Positions 39,004-48,050 of a stretch of DNA of 64,000 bases are shown here, one piece after another. Source of the stretch: Phycisphaerales bacterium (GTDB lineage Bacteria; Planctomycetota; Phycisphaerae; WQYP01); contig DAIDJN010000018.1 in the NCBI GenBank assembly GCA_027451365.1, positions 1 through 64,000 on the forward strand, in the 5' to 3' direction. The notes below the pieces were generated by a model. It saw only the letters and a list, made by a program, of their open reading frames with translations. It ran no database searches and was not told the origin of the DNA. Positions within the stretch are counted from its first letter, which is position 1. Each line of letters begins with the position of its first letter. Both the position numbers and the translations under genes were made by a program.

Positions 39004-40118
39004 TTCGTGTGGTCTCCCACACGTTCAAGAATGCCGACAATCAGCAGAATGCTCGCGCACTGCGCTGCAATCAGCACCGCCATGGCGTTGGTCGCGGTGG
39101 CAAGCAGCGGTGCGGAAAGACCACTGGCCAGGGTAACGGCATAAATAACGAGCACGGCCCCGCGCTGCGAAAATCCGTGGCGCGTCAGCCGATGGGAAAA
39201 ATGATTCGTGTCCCCGGCCATGGGGCTGCGCCCGCGCCCTACCCGCACCAGGCTGACCACTACCAGATCGTAAATCGGCACCGCCGTCACAACCAGCGGC
39301 ATAAACAGGCTGTACCATCGGCCAGGTGTGGTGTAATAGGTGGTTCGAATGGTAAGTGCGGCAAGAAAAAAGCCCAGCACCATGCTTCCCCCATCGCCCA
39401 TAAAAATGCTGGACGGCGGAAAGTTAAAACAGAGAAATCCCAGTACCGCACCCATGTACAAAAGCAGCATGCCGCAGATAAACCACTGATGGCTTTGAAT
39501 GGCGGCAATAAAGAACATCAGCGCGCAAATGCCCGCGACGCCCGCCGAAAGACCGTCCATATTGTCCATAAAATTTAACGCGTTGGTCAGCAGAACCAGC
39601 CAGAATGCGCTGATCAGCCCCGACACAAATACACCGCCGGTCATTTTATGATCCAGCAGCGTCAGCACCCGAAAACCGCCAGTATGCAAAAATTCACCGC
39701 CGACGACCAGCGCCGCGGCAATCAAAAATTGCCAGAATAATTTGGCCTTCGGCCCCAGTGCACGGCGATCGTCCGCCAGGCCCAGCAGATGAATGGCCAG
39801 CGTGCAGCCAATCAGCAGCAGCGCCAGTCCACGATGCGCCACCAGTCCGGGCAGATGAATTTTTAAAGATGCTGGAACCCAGTTTACAAAAGGCTTTTGC
39901 GATAAAGGTTTCACAATTGCCACACCCGAAAGCAGTGGCAGGGTAATCGCCCAGAATATGGCCATGCCGCCGTTCCGAGGTTTGGCCGACAGATGAACTT
40001 TTCGCTCTCCCGGCTGATCAATCATCCCGAGTTTTCCGGCAAAACGGCGCGCCAGCCAGGTACCCGCCAAGCTCAGCAGAAAGGCACTTATCAGCAACCC
40101 TGTGGCAACCGCCAGCAT
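39000..40118 (-). CDS. WecA/MraY-family undecaprenyl-phosphate GlcNAc-1-phosphate transferase
   Basis: DQPGERKVH, GLADD, NALNFMDNMDGL, IFMGDGGS and HFSHRL; AGGAG SD. Confidence 0.9.
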   Translation of the reverse strand: MLAVATGLLISAFLLSLAGTWLARRFAGKLGMIDQPGERKVHLSAKPRNGGMAIFWAITLPLLSGVAIVKPLSQKPFVNWVPASLKIHLPGLVAHRGLALLLIGCTLAIHLLGLADDRRALGPKAKLFWQFLIAAALVVGGEFLHTGGFRVLTLLDHKMTGGVFVSGLISAFWLVLLTNALNFMDNMDGLSAGVAGICALMFFIAAIQSHQWFICGMLLLYMGAVLGFLCFNFPPSSIFMGDGGSMVLGFFLAALTIRTTYYTTPGRWYSLFMPLVVTAVPIYDLVVVSLVRVGRGRSPMAGDTNHFSHRLTRHGFSQRGAVLVIYAVTLASGLSAPLLATATNAMAVLIAAQCASILLIVGILERVGDHTK

Positions 40119-40229
40119 CAAAACTCCTGTTGCAATTTCGGCCGCCGCTGTCCGCTGGCGGGGAATTGTCGCCTTTCCACAGCGCGCCAACCAAGTCGTC
40201 CATTGGCCGCCTTGGCCCGGAACTTTCGA

Positions 40230-40796
40230 TCAAACTCCCGCACGTGCCGGTGCCGCAATTGTCCTTTGTAACTGTTGAAAATAAAACTCGCGCGCCCGCA
40301 CAAAAAATTCGCTTGCCTGCGGCGTTTTATAATCGGCGTAGGTCCATGGCCAGGGGGTCCACTGGTTGTTGCTCCAATGCAGCGTCACTTCGCCATAAAT
40401 GCCTTCGGAAAGATAGACCCGGTGGCTGTGATCTTTCGTGGTGGCTAAAACCACTTTGTAGCGGGTGACGTAACCAGGATCCACATTCACCGGACGGCGT
40501 ACAGATTGCGTACACTGGCGGCCCAGCAGCACTTCGGCCATATTCGTTTCGAGCTTGCACTTGGCGAGTTGTTCGGGCGCAAAAAGCGTGGCAAACCGGA
40601 CCCATTGCCGCAAAAGTCCAGTTCCCATCTGGTCTTCATAATAGTTGGTAAATGTGAAGGGGATAACCGGCGACATATCGTCGATCAGGCCATACCACTG
40701 GGACAGTTCCTTGCGGGCCGCGGTCAGCGCTTCTTCAGAGCAGGCCAGCAATCCGGCAAAACGCAGAACTGGCAGCGGAGGATTGGGAACAGCCAT
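40230..40796 (-). CDS. DUF4416 family protein
   Basis: FTFTNYYEDQMG, RPVNVDPGY, LATTKDHSHRVYL and PWTYADY. Confidence 0.8.
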   Translation of the reverse strand: MAVPNPPLPVLRFAGLLACSEEALTAARKELSQWYGLIDDMSPVIPFTFTNYYEDQMGTGLLRQWVRFATLFAPEQLAKCKLETNMAEVLLGRQCTQSVRRPVNVDPGYVTRYKVVLATTKDHSHRVYLSEGIYGEVTLHWSNNQWTPWPWTYADYKTPQASEFFVRAREFYFQQLQRTIAAPARAGV

Positions 40797-41204
40797 GAAA
40801 ACTCCAACTCATCTGGTCCAAGGTACGCGAAACATTCCAACCGGAATTCATGTTTCCCCGCGGCTGAACGAATTTATACGCCATGCCGGGCCCCTGGTAT
40901 TTACAGACCCGGGCATATTCCGGATACTCAATACCGGCTGACCAGCCGAATCAGCCGAAGATTCTTAACGCAAAATTACCCGCCGGAGTACGGGCAGGCA
41001 AGTAAATCAGGCGGGCCGCCTGTTCGGAACTTGCCCGATTCTTTAGAAGGAACCTGAAAAACATCCGGGCGCGCCGACAGCCGCTTCCGCCATATGGCGT
41101 TTCTGCACACGCTTCAGACCGACCATTGAAGATTCGCAATGTCCCGGAGCGAGCCGTTCTGCAACCGGTTCGGCATATCCCGACAGAATCGCGGCACCGA
41201 TTGT

Positions 41205-42038
41205 CTAATGTTTTTGAATATCAATTGTCCATCCGGCGTTGGCGGGCGGGGGCCGTACATGGAAATCGTGGTGCATTGCTGCATTCACGTTCACTTTGGT
41301 CAGCACCGCCAACGTGGGTGTGGAATCGGGATCAATGCGCAAAATGCGAACCGGCAGATCCAATTTCGGGTCAATCCAAAGTTCCAGCCGCTTAAACGTA
41401 AACGCCTTGGGGTCTTTTGGAACCAGTTTCAGGTGAATGAGTCCCGCGTCCATTTTTACGGCCGGCACAAGCGAGACCGTAAATTGCTTTTCCACCACCG
41501 CCGGACTTTGCCCGATCGGAATGGGAATTGGCCCCTGACCAAGTTTCAACGGATTATAATGCGTTCCAGGACGAGCCACCTGAACCTTGCGATAGATTTT
41601 TGCCGCACCGTCGCGATCAATCAGCCAGCGCCCGTCAAACACAATATCGTGATTCGCATGACGACGGGCGATCGCACCATCCACCACCATTATGTTGAAA
41701 CGGATATCAAACCGTGTGCGGCCTTTCACGGTCTGATACCAGATTTTTCCAATATTGATATCTTTTTCATCGGTTCGCAAATGGTGCACGCTCATGCGGA
41801 TATCCGCCGAAAAACTATGCAGCGTTTGCCCGCGTTCGTCCAGCCGCTTAAGCCATTTATAGACGGCTGCCCCCACAGGAGGGGAAACCGTCGCGGTACG
41901 GGTGGCCGGCGCGGGATTCCCTTGGGCATCGCTGCTTCCGCGGCATAAGGCCACACCGCCAAGCAGCATGGCGAAAAAAAGCGGTAACGCCAAACGGCAC
42001 GGCTTCATATCCTCAGGCCGTATTTTTCCAGTCAACAT
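41205..42038 (-). CDS. LolA-like exported protein
   Basis: Signal peptide; HSFSADI...VFDGRWL...LKLVPK...LWIDPKLDLPVRI. Confidence 0.65.
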   Translation of the reverse strand: MLTGKIRPEDMKPCRLALPLFFAMLLGGVALCRGSSDAQGNPAPATRTATVSPPVGAAVYKWLKRLDERGQTLHSFSADIRMSVHHLRTDEKDINIGKIWYQTVKGRTRFDIRFNIMVVDGAIARRHANHDIVFDGRWLIDRDGAAKIYRKVQVARPGTHYNPLKLGQGPIPIPIGQSPAVVEKQFTVSLVPAVKMDAGLIHLKLVPKDPKAFTFKRLELWIDPKLDLPVRILRIDPDSTPTLAVLTKVNVNAAMHHDFHVRPPPANAGWTIDIQKH

Positions 42039-42673
42039 GTCAAACTCCGTTGAGTCCCGCCCGCCGATTGGACCGGTACTCGAAACTGCCCCGGGGATTT
42101 AATCAGTTCAATAATATGGTCCAGCCTGGAAACATGAAACGTTGCCTGATGGGCGAAAGCTGGTGGTGCCTGGGGATCATCAAGAAGCAGCACACTTTCC
42201 ACGCCTGCGGCGGCGGCCGCCTGAAGATCAAAAATATAATCCCCGACCATCAGTGTTTCCGTCGGTTTGGCATTCAGTTTTCGCAGGATCATCCCGATGC
42301 TCTCCGGATGCGGCTTGAACGGCGGTTGATCGCGCGAAACAGCCAAGTCAAACGCCAGATCGCATCGCGCCACAATTCGATTCATGCTTTTACCGCTGTT
42401 GCGGGTCAATAATGCGCTGCGTATATTCCGCCCCCGAAGGTGACATAGCAGATCCCGCGCACCTGGTCGGAGTGTCGACTTTTCCGCAGCCATATTTTCA
42501 TATCGCTCCAGCACCGCGATGGACCGGGCGCGGCGAGGCTCAGGCAGCGTGTCAATCCATTCCAGTATCGGCACGCGTTCGGTCAGGCCGAGTTCCAGTC
42601 GCAAAGAATCGAAATCCAAAGCATCGTGGGTAAGCGTGCCATCCATATCAAAAATCACGAGGTTGTAAGGCAT
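42032..42673 (-). CDS. HAD-superfamily hydrolase
   Basis: IFDMDGTL, LLTRN, KPHP and MVGDYIFDL. Confidence 0.9.
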   Translation of the reverse strand: MPYNLVIFDMDGTLTHDALDFDSLRLELGLTERVPILEWIDTLPEPRRARSIAVLERYENMAAEKSTLRPGARDLLCHLRGRNIRSALLTRNSGKSMNRIVARCDLAFDLAVSRDQPPFKPHPESIGMILRKLNAKPTETLMVGDYIFDLQAAAAAGVESVLLLDDPQAPPAFAHQATFHVSRLDHIIELIKSPGQFRVPVQSAGGTQRSLTC

Positions 42674-42768
42674 TCCGCCGGCTCCAATCACAACACGCCG
42701 GATTATAGCCGATAATTCCATCCGGAGCCTGTCGCCAGATGCCTCCTTCAACCAAAAAGTCTTATCGC

Positions 42769-42950
42769 GGACCTGTTGTTGGTGGCCGTGGTTCAGCGGA
42801 TATTCAGGCGTACTGTTCTATCGGGAACTTGAAACATCGCACGCATGTCGGCGGGAAATCCTGTCAGAGGCATCAAGGCTTGAGTCGTTCCGACGGGTCG
42901 AATTCCGCCGATTTTGCGTCTCGCCGCGGCTTCGACTCCACATTTAGGCC
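42769..42950 (+). ncRNA. Candidate ~180-nt structured RNA of unknown family (6S-like size)
   Basis: Closing pairing 42785-42791/42924-42930 and a long irregular hairpin 42841-42919; G-U pairs favour the + strand. Confidence 0.45.
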
Positions 42951-43011
42951 TTAGGACACGCCATTCGTCGCCGTCCGCCTCCCACGTGGGTTCACCTTCC
43001 GGCTGGCCGGT

Positions 43012-43039
43012 TTGCGATCTGGGTTCCGGAAGGTATCAT
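43012..43039 (+). promoter_or_regulatory. Putative sigma70-type promoter for the retron ncRNA
   Basis: TTGCGA-N16-TATCAT, ending 8 nt before the a2 repeat. Confidence 0.5.
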
Positions 43040-43047
43040 TTTGTCAG

Positions 43048-43157
43048 GTGTCTTGGCGGCGCTCCAATGCAGAGCGCGGGCTGATGTTTCGTCAGCCGGG
43101 CCTTCATGGCTCTGTTTCCAGAATCTGCGACACCGGTCGCACCGGTGTGCAAGACAC
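43048..43157 (+). ncRNA. Candidate retron msr-msd RNA
   Basis: Terminal inverted repeats GTGTCTTG (43048-55) and CAAGACAC (43150-57), an unpaired G at 43056, three short stem-loops and a perfect ACACCGGT/ACCGGTGT hairpin; ends 79 nt upstream of a retron-type RT. Confidence 0.7.
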
Positions 43158-43160
43158 AGG

Positions 43161-43188
43161 GGCCGGGTGTTAAAACCCGGCCTTTTTT
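43161..43188 (+). terminator. Intrinsic terminator-like hairpin between the ncRNA and the RT gene
   Basis: GGCCGGGT-GTTAAA-ACCCGGCC followed by TTTTTT. Confidence 0.7.
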
Positions 43189-43236
43189 ATTATCCATTGA
43201 ATTTGGATTTAACGATAATCCACACAAGGTGCTCCG

Positions 43237-44124
43237 ATGGGTTTTTTTTCAAAGCTATTTGGCGGCGACAGAAAACCGGACGGGCCGCTGACACTTGGCG
43301 AATTGGCCCGACGCCTGAAAATGGACGAATCGGCTCTAGCAAATCTGCCGGTTCACTATTCGGCTAAGCAGATTCCCAAACGGTCTGGTGGTCTGCGGCA
43401 ACTGCATGTGCCGGACAAGACTCTGGCGGACCTTCAGCGGACGATACTTCACCGACTTCTGGCAACACTGGCGATTCATCCGGCGGCTACCGCGTTCCGC
43501 AAAGGAAAGTCTGTGGTGAACAACGCCGGACCCCATTGTCGGAAAGCTTTAATTATCAAATTGGATGTAAAGGACTTTTTCGGAACCACCACCGCGCGGC
43601 GGGTGGAGGACTATTTTCGCGCCATTGGCTGGAATTCTCAGGCGGCAAGGCGATTGACCGAGTTGACTACGCTTAATGATGGATTGCCCCAAGGTGCCCC
43701 CACCAGCCCGGCCTTAAGCAATCTCGTGAATTACCAGATGGATGTTCGGATGGCGGCAATAGCTCAAAATAATGGTGCCGCTTATACACGCTATGCCGAT
43801 GACATCACCTTCTCGTTTGATGAATCAGCAACGCGGACCATGACCGCACTGGTTATATATCGCGCCAGAAATACACTCCGGGACTTTGATTACCGGATGC
43901 ATAGTGGCCACAAACTGCGAATAGTCAGATCGCATCAGCGGCAACTGGTAACGGGACTGGTGGTGAATCAAAAGCCCAATCTGCCGCGCAAAACCCGCCG
44001 CTGGTTGCGCGCTGTGCAACATCGCGTGGCCAATGGAAAAGAAGCCACGCTTACGCCGGGACAACTTGCGGGCTGGCACGCATTGCAAAAGATGATTCAT
44101 CAGCAAACCACCGCCGGCAAATAG
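43237..44124 (+). CDS. Retron-type reverse transcriptase (295 aa, no fused domain)
   Basis: IPKRSGGLR, NAGPH (retron NAxxH), KLDVKDFF, LPQGAPTSPALSN, YTRYADD and VTGLVVN (retron VTG). Confidence 0.92.
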   Translation: MGFFSKLFGGDRKPDGPLTLGELARRLKMDESALANLPVHYSAKQIPKRSGGLRQLHVPDKTLADLQRTILHRLLATLAIHPAATAFRKGKSVVNNAGPHCRKALIIKLDVKDFFGTTTARRVEDYFRAIGWNSQAARRLTELTTLNDGLPQGAPTSPALSNLVNYQMDVRMAAIAQNNGAAYTRYADDITFSFDESATRTMTALVIYRARNTLRDFDYRMHSGHKLRIVRSHQRQLVTGLVVNQKPNLPRKTRRWLRAVQHRVANGKEATLTPGQLAGWHALQKMIHQQTTAGK

Positions 44125-44456
44125 CCGCCATGCGGTATTGCGGGCACAAATATGCAGTGCCAACGTGTTGCCCTCCGCTCTGCCCAGGTCACCTGTTCTT
44201 AATTGGACGGGTGTTGCACTTTTCTGTCAGGTATTGTCCGGAAATGCGACTACTATATAGGAATGGGCCGCCGGCGAACCGGCATGCCGGAAGGACACCG
44301 CAGATTCCCGCTTCGCGGAAATCGCGAATATTTCGGCCAGCGCCCAAAAGGCAACAGAATGATCTTACGCGCCGCAAAACCCCTTGGAAAGCTGAAAAAT
44401 CGCTTCCTGCTGAAGCACACCGCGAGGATCGTCAACGGCCCAGACGGATAGCATTC

Positions 44457-46676
44457 ATGACACGAAAAAGGCGATTGCTGATCATACGGATATTGGTCGC
44501 GCTGGGCGTTCTGGCGATTGCGTCGCGGCTGATTATTCATATACTTCGCGCCGGCGTTCCTGTGGTCGCCAGGCCACCCGCGTGGCGGCTGATTCATGCC
44601 GATTCGCCTTACTTGCGGGCACATGCCCGAGACCTGGTTCGCTGGCGTCCATGGGGCCAGGCGGCGTTTGCTGCTTCCCGGAAACTTAACAAACCGATTT
44701 TTCTGACGGTCGGTTATGCGGCGTGCCACTGGTGTCGCGTCATGGACCGCCAGTCTTTTCGCAATCCACAGATTGCGGCCCTGATAAACCGCTATTTTAT
44801 TCCGGTGGTGGTGGATTCCGAGCAGCGTCCGGATATTAATCATCAGATGATGGCCTTTGTAGAAATATCCACCGGTTCAGGCGGCTGGCCGCTGAATGTG
44901 TTTCTTACTCCACATGGCCGGCCGTTTGCGGGTGGAACCTACTTTCCGGCAAAGACGGCATATGGCATTACCGGCCTGTCCACACTTCTGCCAAAAATCC
45001 ACGGGTTATGGTTGCACCATCACGGCAAGCTGACCGCATTTGCCCGGCGCGTTGAGCTTGTTCTAAATGCCATGCGGCGGAGTTCTATCCGCAAAAGCGG
45101 CAAGCAAAATATTTTGACTGTGTGCGCAGCTGATCTGCATATGTTAATGACCGACTTTGATTTCCGAGAAGGCGGATTCGGCAAAGGTCCTAAATTCCCG
45201 CAATGCCCGACACTGGATTTTCTACTGAACCTGTACCATCGGACCTCTAACCGCAAGGCGCTGCGGATGGTGACTCAAACATTGGCGGCCATCGACCGTG
45301 GTGGAATTCATGATCAACTTGGCGGTGGCTTTTTCCGCTACGCCATTGACCGGAAGTGGCGCGTGCCGCATTACGAGAAAATGCTGTCGGATCAGGCCCA
45401 ATTAACGGAAACCTGTCTGACGGTCTGGCGAATGAACCATCATCCCCGCTGGGCGAAGGTCGCAAACAGCACGCTGGCCTTTACTTTGCGGGATATGCAG
45501 GCGGCCAGCGGCAGATTTTATACCGCCTTGGGTGCGGACAGTCGCCCCGTCGATGGAAGCACCTCGGAAAAGGATGGAGCATATTATGTTTGGACCTTCG
45601 GCCAGATCAGGCACGTTCTTGGTCAAAATACGGCCGATATCCGCCTGCGATATGGTATTGAACCCGCCAAGCCGGGGCAGGCGGAACGCGGTCGGCCGCT
45701 GCACATTGCCATGGCGACAAAGGCGATTGCCGCAATATATCATCAGCCGTTGGCGGAAGTTTTGCGAGCGCTTCATCGGGATCGACAACTGCTGCTTGCA
45801 ACCCGCAGGCGGCGTCCACATCCTTTAGTGGACAATAAATCAATCACAAGTTGGAACGCACAAATGATTCAGGCCCTGGCGGAGGCGGGTTGTGCCCTTG
45901 GCAATCCGCGCTACACACAGGCCGCGGAAAAGGCCGCCGGCTTTATTCAGGATCATATGTACGATGCCCGGCGAGGCATATTGTTCCGCAGTTGGGACAA
46001 CGGACGTGCGTCAATTCCCGGCATGCTTTCCGATTATGCCGATACCATTTCGGCTCTGCTTGCGCTTTATCAGACCACACTGCATATTCAATGGTACAAG
46101 TTTGCCCTGCAACTGCAGCGCGACCAGGACAAATGGTTTTATGATGCGCGATCAGGCGGGTATTTCACCACACCATCGACTGACACGGGTGTATACCGCC
46201 GATGGAAAAACCGTTCGGACGGCTCAACGCCTTCGGGCAACGCGGTAGCGGTTCACAATCTGCGCATTGTGTCCGCGCTGACGCGCGATCCACATTGGCG
46301 GCATGAATTGCGGCAAACCACCGCGTTTTACACCGCCATGCTGGCCGACCACCCGGATGCCATGCCCGCCATGCTGGCCGCCCTGGCGAATGCCCGCACA
46401 CCAGTTGGCGAAATTGTGATTGCCGGTCGCAGGGATTCCTCGGGCGTTGAGCAAATGCTGCGGGCGGTGTGGCGAAAGTACACCCCGAATGAAATTGTGG
46501 TTGGATCGATTGCCGGAGAGGGACGACGATATCTGATGACATGCCTGCCGCGGCTTGCCTTCATGAAAATGGCCGGTAACCGGGCAACAGCGTATGTGTG
46601 TCGCAATTTTACCTGCCAGGCCCCCACAACTTCGGTCGCCCGATTGCGGACGCTGTTAAGCGGCATATCCCGGTAA
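44457..46676 (+). CDS. YyaL/DUF255 thioredoxin-domain protein with an N-terminal hydrophobic segment
   Basis: RLIHADSPYLRAHA, GYAACHWCRVM, GGWPLNVFLTP, GGIHDQLGGGFFRY and PHYEKML. Confidence 0.88.
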   Translation: MTRKRRLLIIRILVALGVLAIASRLIIHILRAGVPVVARPPAWRLIHADSPYLRAHARDLVRWRPWGQAAFAASRKLNKPIFLTVGYAACHWCRVMDRQSFRNPQIAALINRYFIPVVVDSEQRPDINHQMMAFVEISTGSGGWPLNVFLTPHGRPFAGGTYFPAKTAYGITGLSTLLPKIHGLWLHHHGKLTAFARRVELVLNAMRRSSIRKSGKQNILTVCAADLHMLMTDFDFREGGFGKGPKFPQCPTLDFLLNLYHRTSNRKALRMVTQTLAAIDRGGIHDQLGGGFFRYAIDRKWRVPHYEKMLSDQAQLTETCLTVWRMNHHPRWAKVANSTLAFTLRDMQAASGRFYTALGADSRPVDGSTSEKDGAYYVWTFGQIRHVLGQNTADIRLRYGIEPAKPGQAERGRPLHIAMATKAIAAIYHQPLAEVLRALHRDRQLLLATRRRRPHPLVDNKSITSWNAQMIQALAEAGCALGNPRYTQAAEKAAGFIQDHMYDARRGILFRSWDNGRASIPGMLSDYADTISALLALYQTTLHIQWYKFALQLQRDQDKWFYDARSGGYFTTPSTDTGVYRRWKNRSDGSTPSGNAVAVHNLRIVSALTRDPHWRHELRQTTAFYTAMLADHPDAMPAMLAALANARTPVGEIVIAGRRDSSGVEQMLRAVWRKYTPNEIVVGSIAGEGRRYLMTCLPRLAFMKMAGNRATAYVCRNFTCQAPTTSVARLRTLLSGISR

Positions 46677-46691
46677 TCTTCGTATCCTGGT

Positions 46692-48050
46692 TTACCGGAC
46701 TGACCGCAGGTCCAGAAACCGGATTGGCTTGCGGGAATTGTGGCCGGCCCGCAGGCGGGCCATTTGCGCCGCGCTGCTTGGCTTTATATCGGGTGCCACT
46801 TTCAAGCTGGCGGATGCGGCCTGCCGTATCTGGCGGCACAATGCCGGAATTGCAGCCGCGGGAACGTTTAACTGTATATGGATCAATATATCATCGCTTA
46901 AATCGTGTCGGCTTCGCACCACCAGAATATAATCATGAATTTCCGGCTTTGAATTAAGCAGATCCACTATGGCGGCCGTATAAACCGTGACTCCGCGTAC
47001 TTTTAACATCTGAGCCTGACGACCAAGAATCGGACCGAGCCGCGGAGTGGTGCGGCCGCAGGGACACGGGTCGGTATACAGCGCTGCGAGGTCTCCGGTG
47101 GCGAAACGAACCAGCGGCATACCCTGCACGCCCAGTGGCGTGATTACCACCTGGCCAACGGTTCCGGGCCAGACCGGTTGATTCTGTTGATCCAGAATTT
47201 CCACTATACCCAGCGCCGGGTTCAAATGGCCTCCACCACACCGCGGCCCCTGCGCAAATGTGGTGCACGTTTCCGTCGATGCGCAGGTACTCAGAACACG
47301 AACCGCCGGCAGATTCAGACTTCTGGCGACACATTTGGCCAGCGAATTGGGGTGAAGATCAGCATCCCGAAGGGGTTCGCCAATGCCGATGGCGGCCTGA
47401 AGCTTTATGCCACCAGCCGCGCGACCGGTCGGCGCATGAGCGACCAGGGATGGGACCGTAATCAGAAATACCCGGATATGTGGCGGAATCAGCCGCTTAA
47501 GAAGCGGAATATTTGGGAAATATTGCGAGCCTGCGCGCACACACGTGGCACCCAGCTTTTGAGCGCCAAGCCAATAGGCCAGGCCCGCGACAAACATGCG
47601 GTCCATTGCCACGGCCACCACCAGCATATCGCCCCGGTTCAGCCCGGCGATATTCAGAGCCACAGCCTCATTTTCCGCCAACCGCTGAAGGTCCGCTTGT
47701 GTCAGGCCGACACGCAATGGCTGACCCGTGGTGCCGGAGGTGGTGACCCATTCGGCGATCTGGTGGCCCGGCACAGCCAGCGCATCGGCCTGAGCCACGG
47801 CTAGATCAGCTTTGGTGGTCAGTGGCATATCCATCAAATTAAGCACGGACAATTCACCGCGACACGCGCCGACAATGTGGCGAAGCCGACGGTTCAAGTC
47901 CGACCGCATCGCCCATCTCAAATGCTCCGCAAACCGTCGCCGCTGGAGCGCCTGCCAGCGTTTGACGGGCCAGAACAGCGGACGACCGGCGGGAATAATA
48001 GCCGCCGCCGGCAAGGCGGATACCGATCTTTTCAGATTGCCTTTCATCAT
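46692..48050 (-). CDS. Phenylacetate-CoA ligase-like (PaaK family) AMP-dependent ligase
   Basis: TTSGTTGQP, STCASTE, MPLVRFATGD and CPCGRTTPRLGPILGR. Confidence 0.85.
   Translation of the reverse strand: MMKGNLKRSVSALPAAAIIPAGRPLFWPVKRWQALQRRRFAEHLRWAMRSDLNRRLRHIVGACRGELSVLNLMDMPLTTKADLAVAQADALAVPGHQIAEWVTTSGTTGQPLRVGLTQADLQRLAENEAVALNIAGLNRGDMLVVAVAMDRMFVAGLAYWLGAQKLGATCVRAGSQYFPNIPLLKRLIPPHIRVFLITVPSLVAHAPTGRAAGGIKLQAAIGIGEPLRDADLHPNSLAKCVARSLNLPAVRVLSTCASTETCTTFAQGPRCGGGHLNPALGIVEILDQQNQPVWPGTVGQVVITPLGVQGMPLVRFATGDLAALYTDPCPCGRTTPRLGPILGRQAQMLKVRGVTVYTAAIVDLLNSKPEIHDYILVVRSRHDLSDDILIHIQLNVPAAAIPALCRQIRQAASASLKVAPDIKPSSAAQMARLRAGHNSRKPIRFLDLRSVR

Noticed and set aside
43048..43158. tRNA gene (cloverleaf-like fold)
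   Set aside because: There is no T-loop GTTCRA or D-loop consensus and the element is too long; it fits msr-msd architecture better.
43242..43249. T8 tract at the RT 5' end (and the C9 tract at 650-658) as phase-variation switches
   Set aside because: The tracts are short, MGFF-type starts naturally give T runs, and there is no evidence without read data.
8151..44124. Diversity-generating retroelement linking the RT to the duplicated pilin segments
   Set aside because: Mismatches between the 128-bp copies are not adenine-specific, the repeats are in leaders rather than C-terminal variable regions, the RT has retron motifs, and no Avd gene is present.
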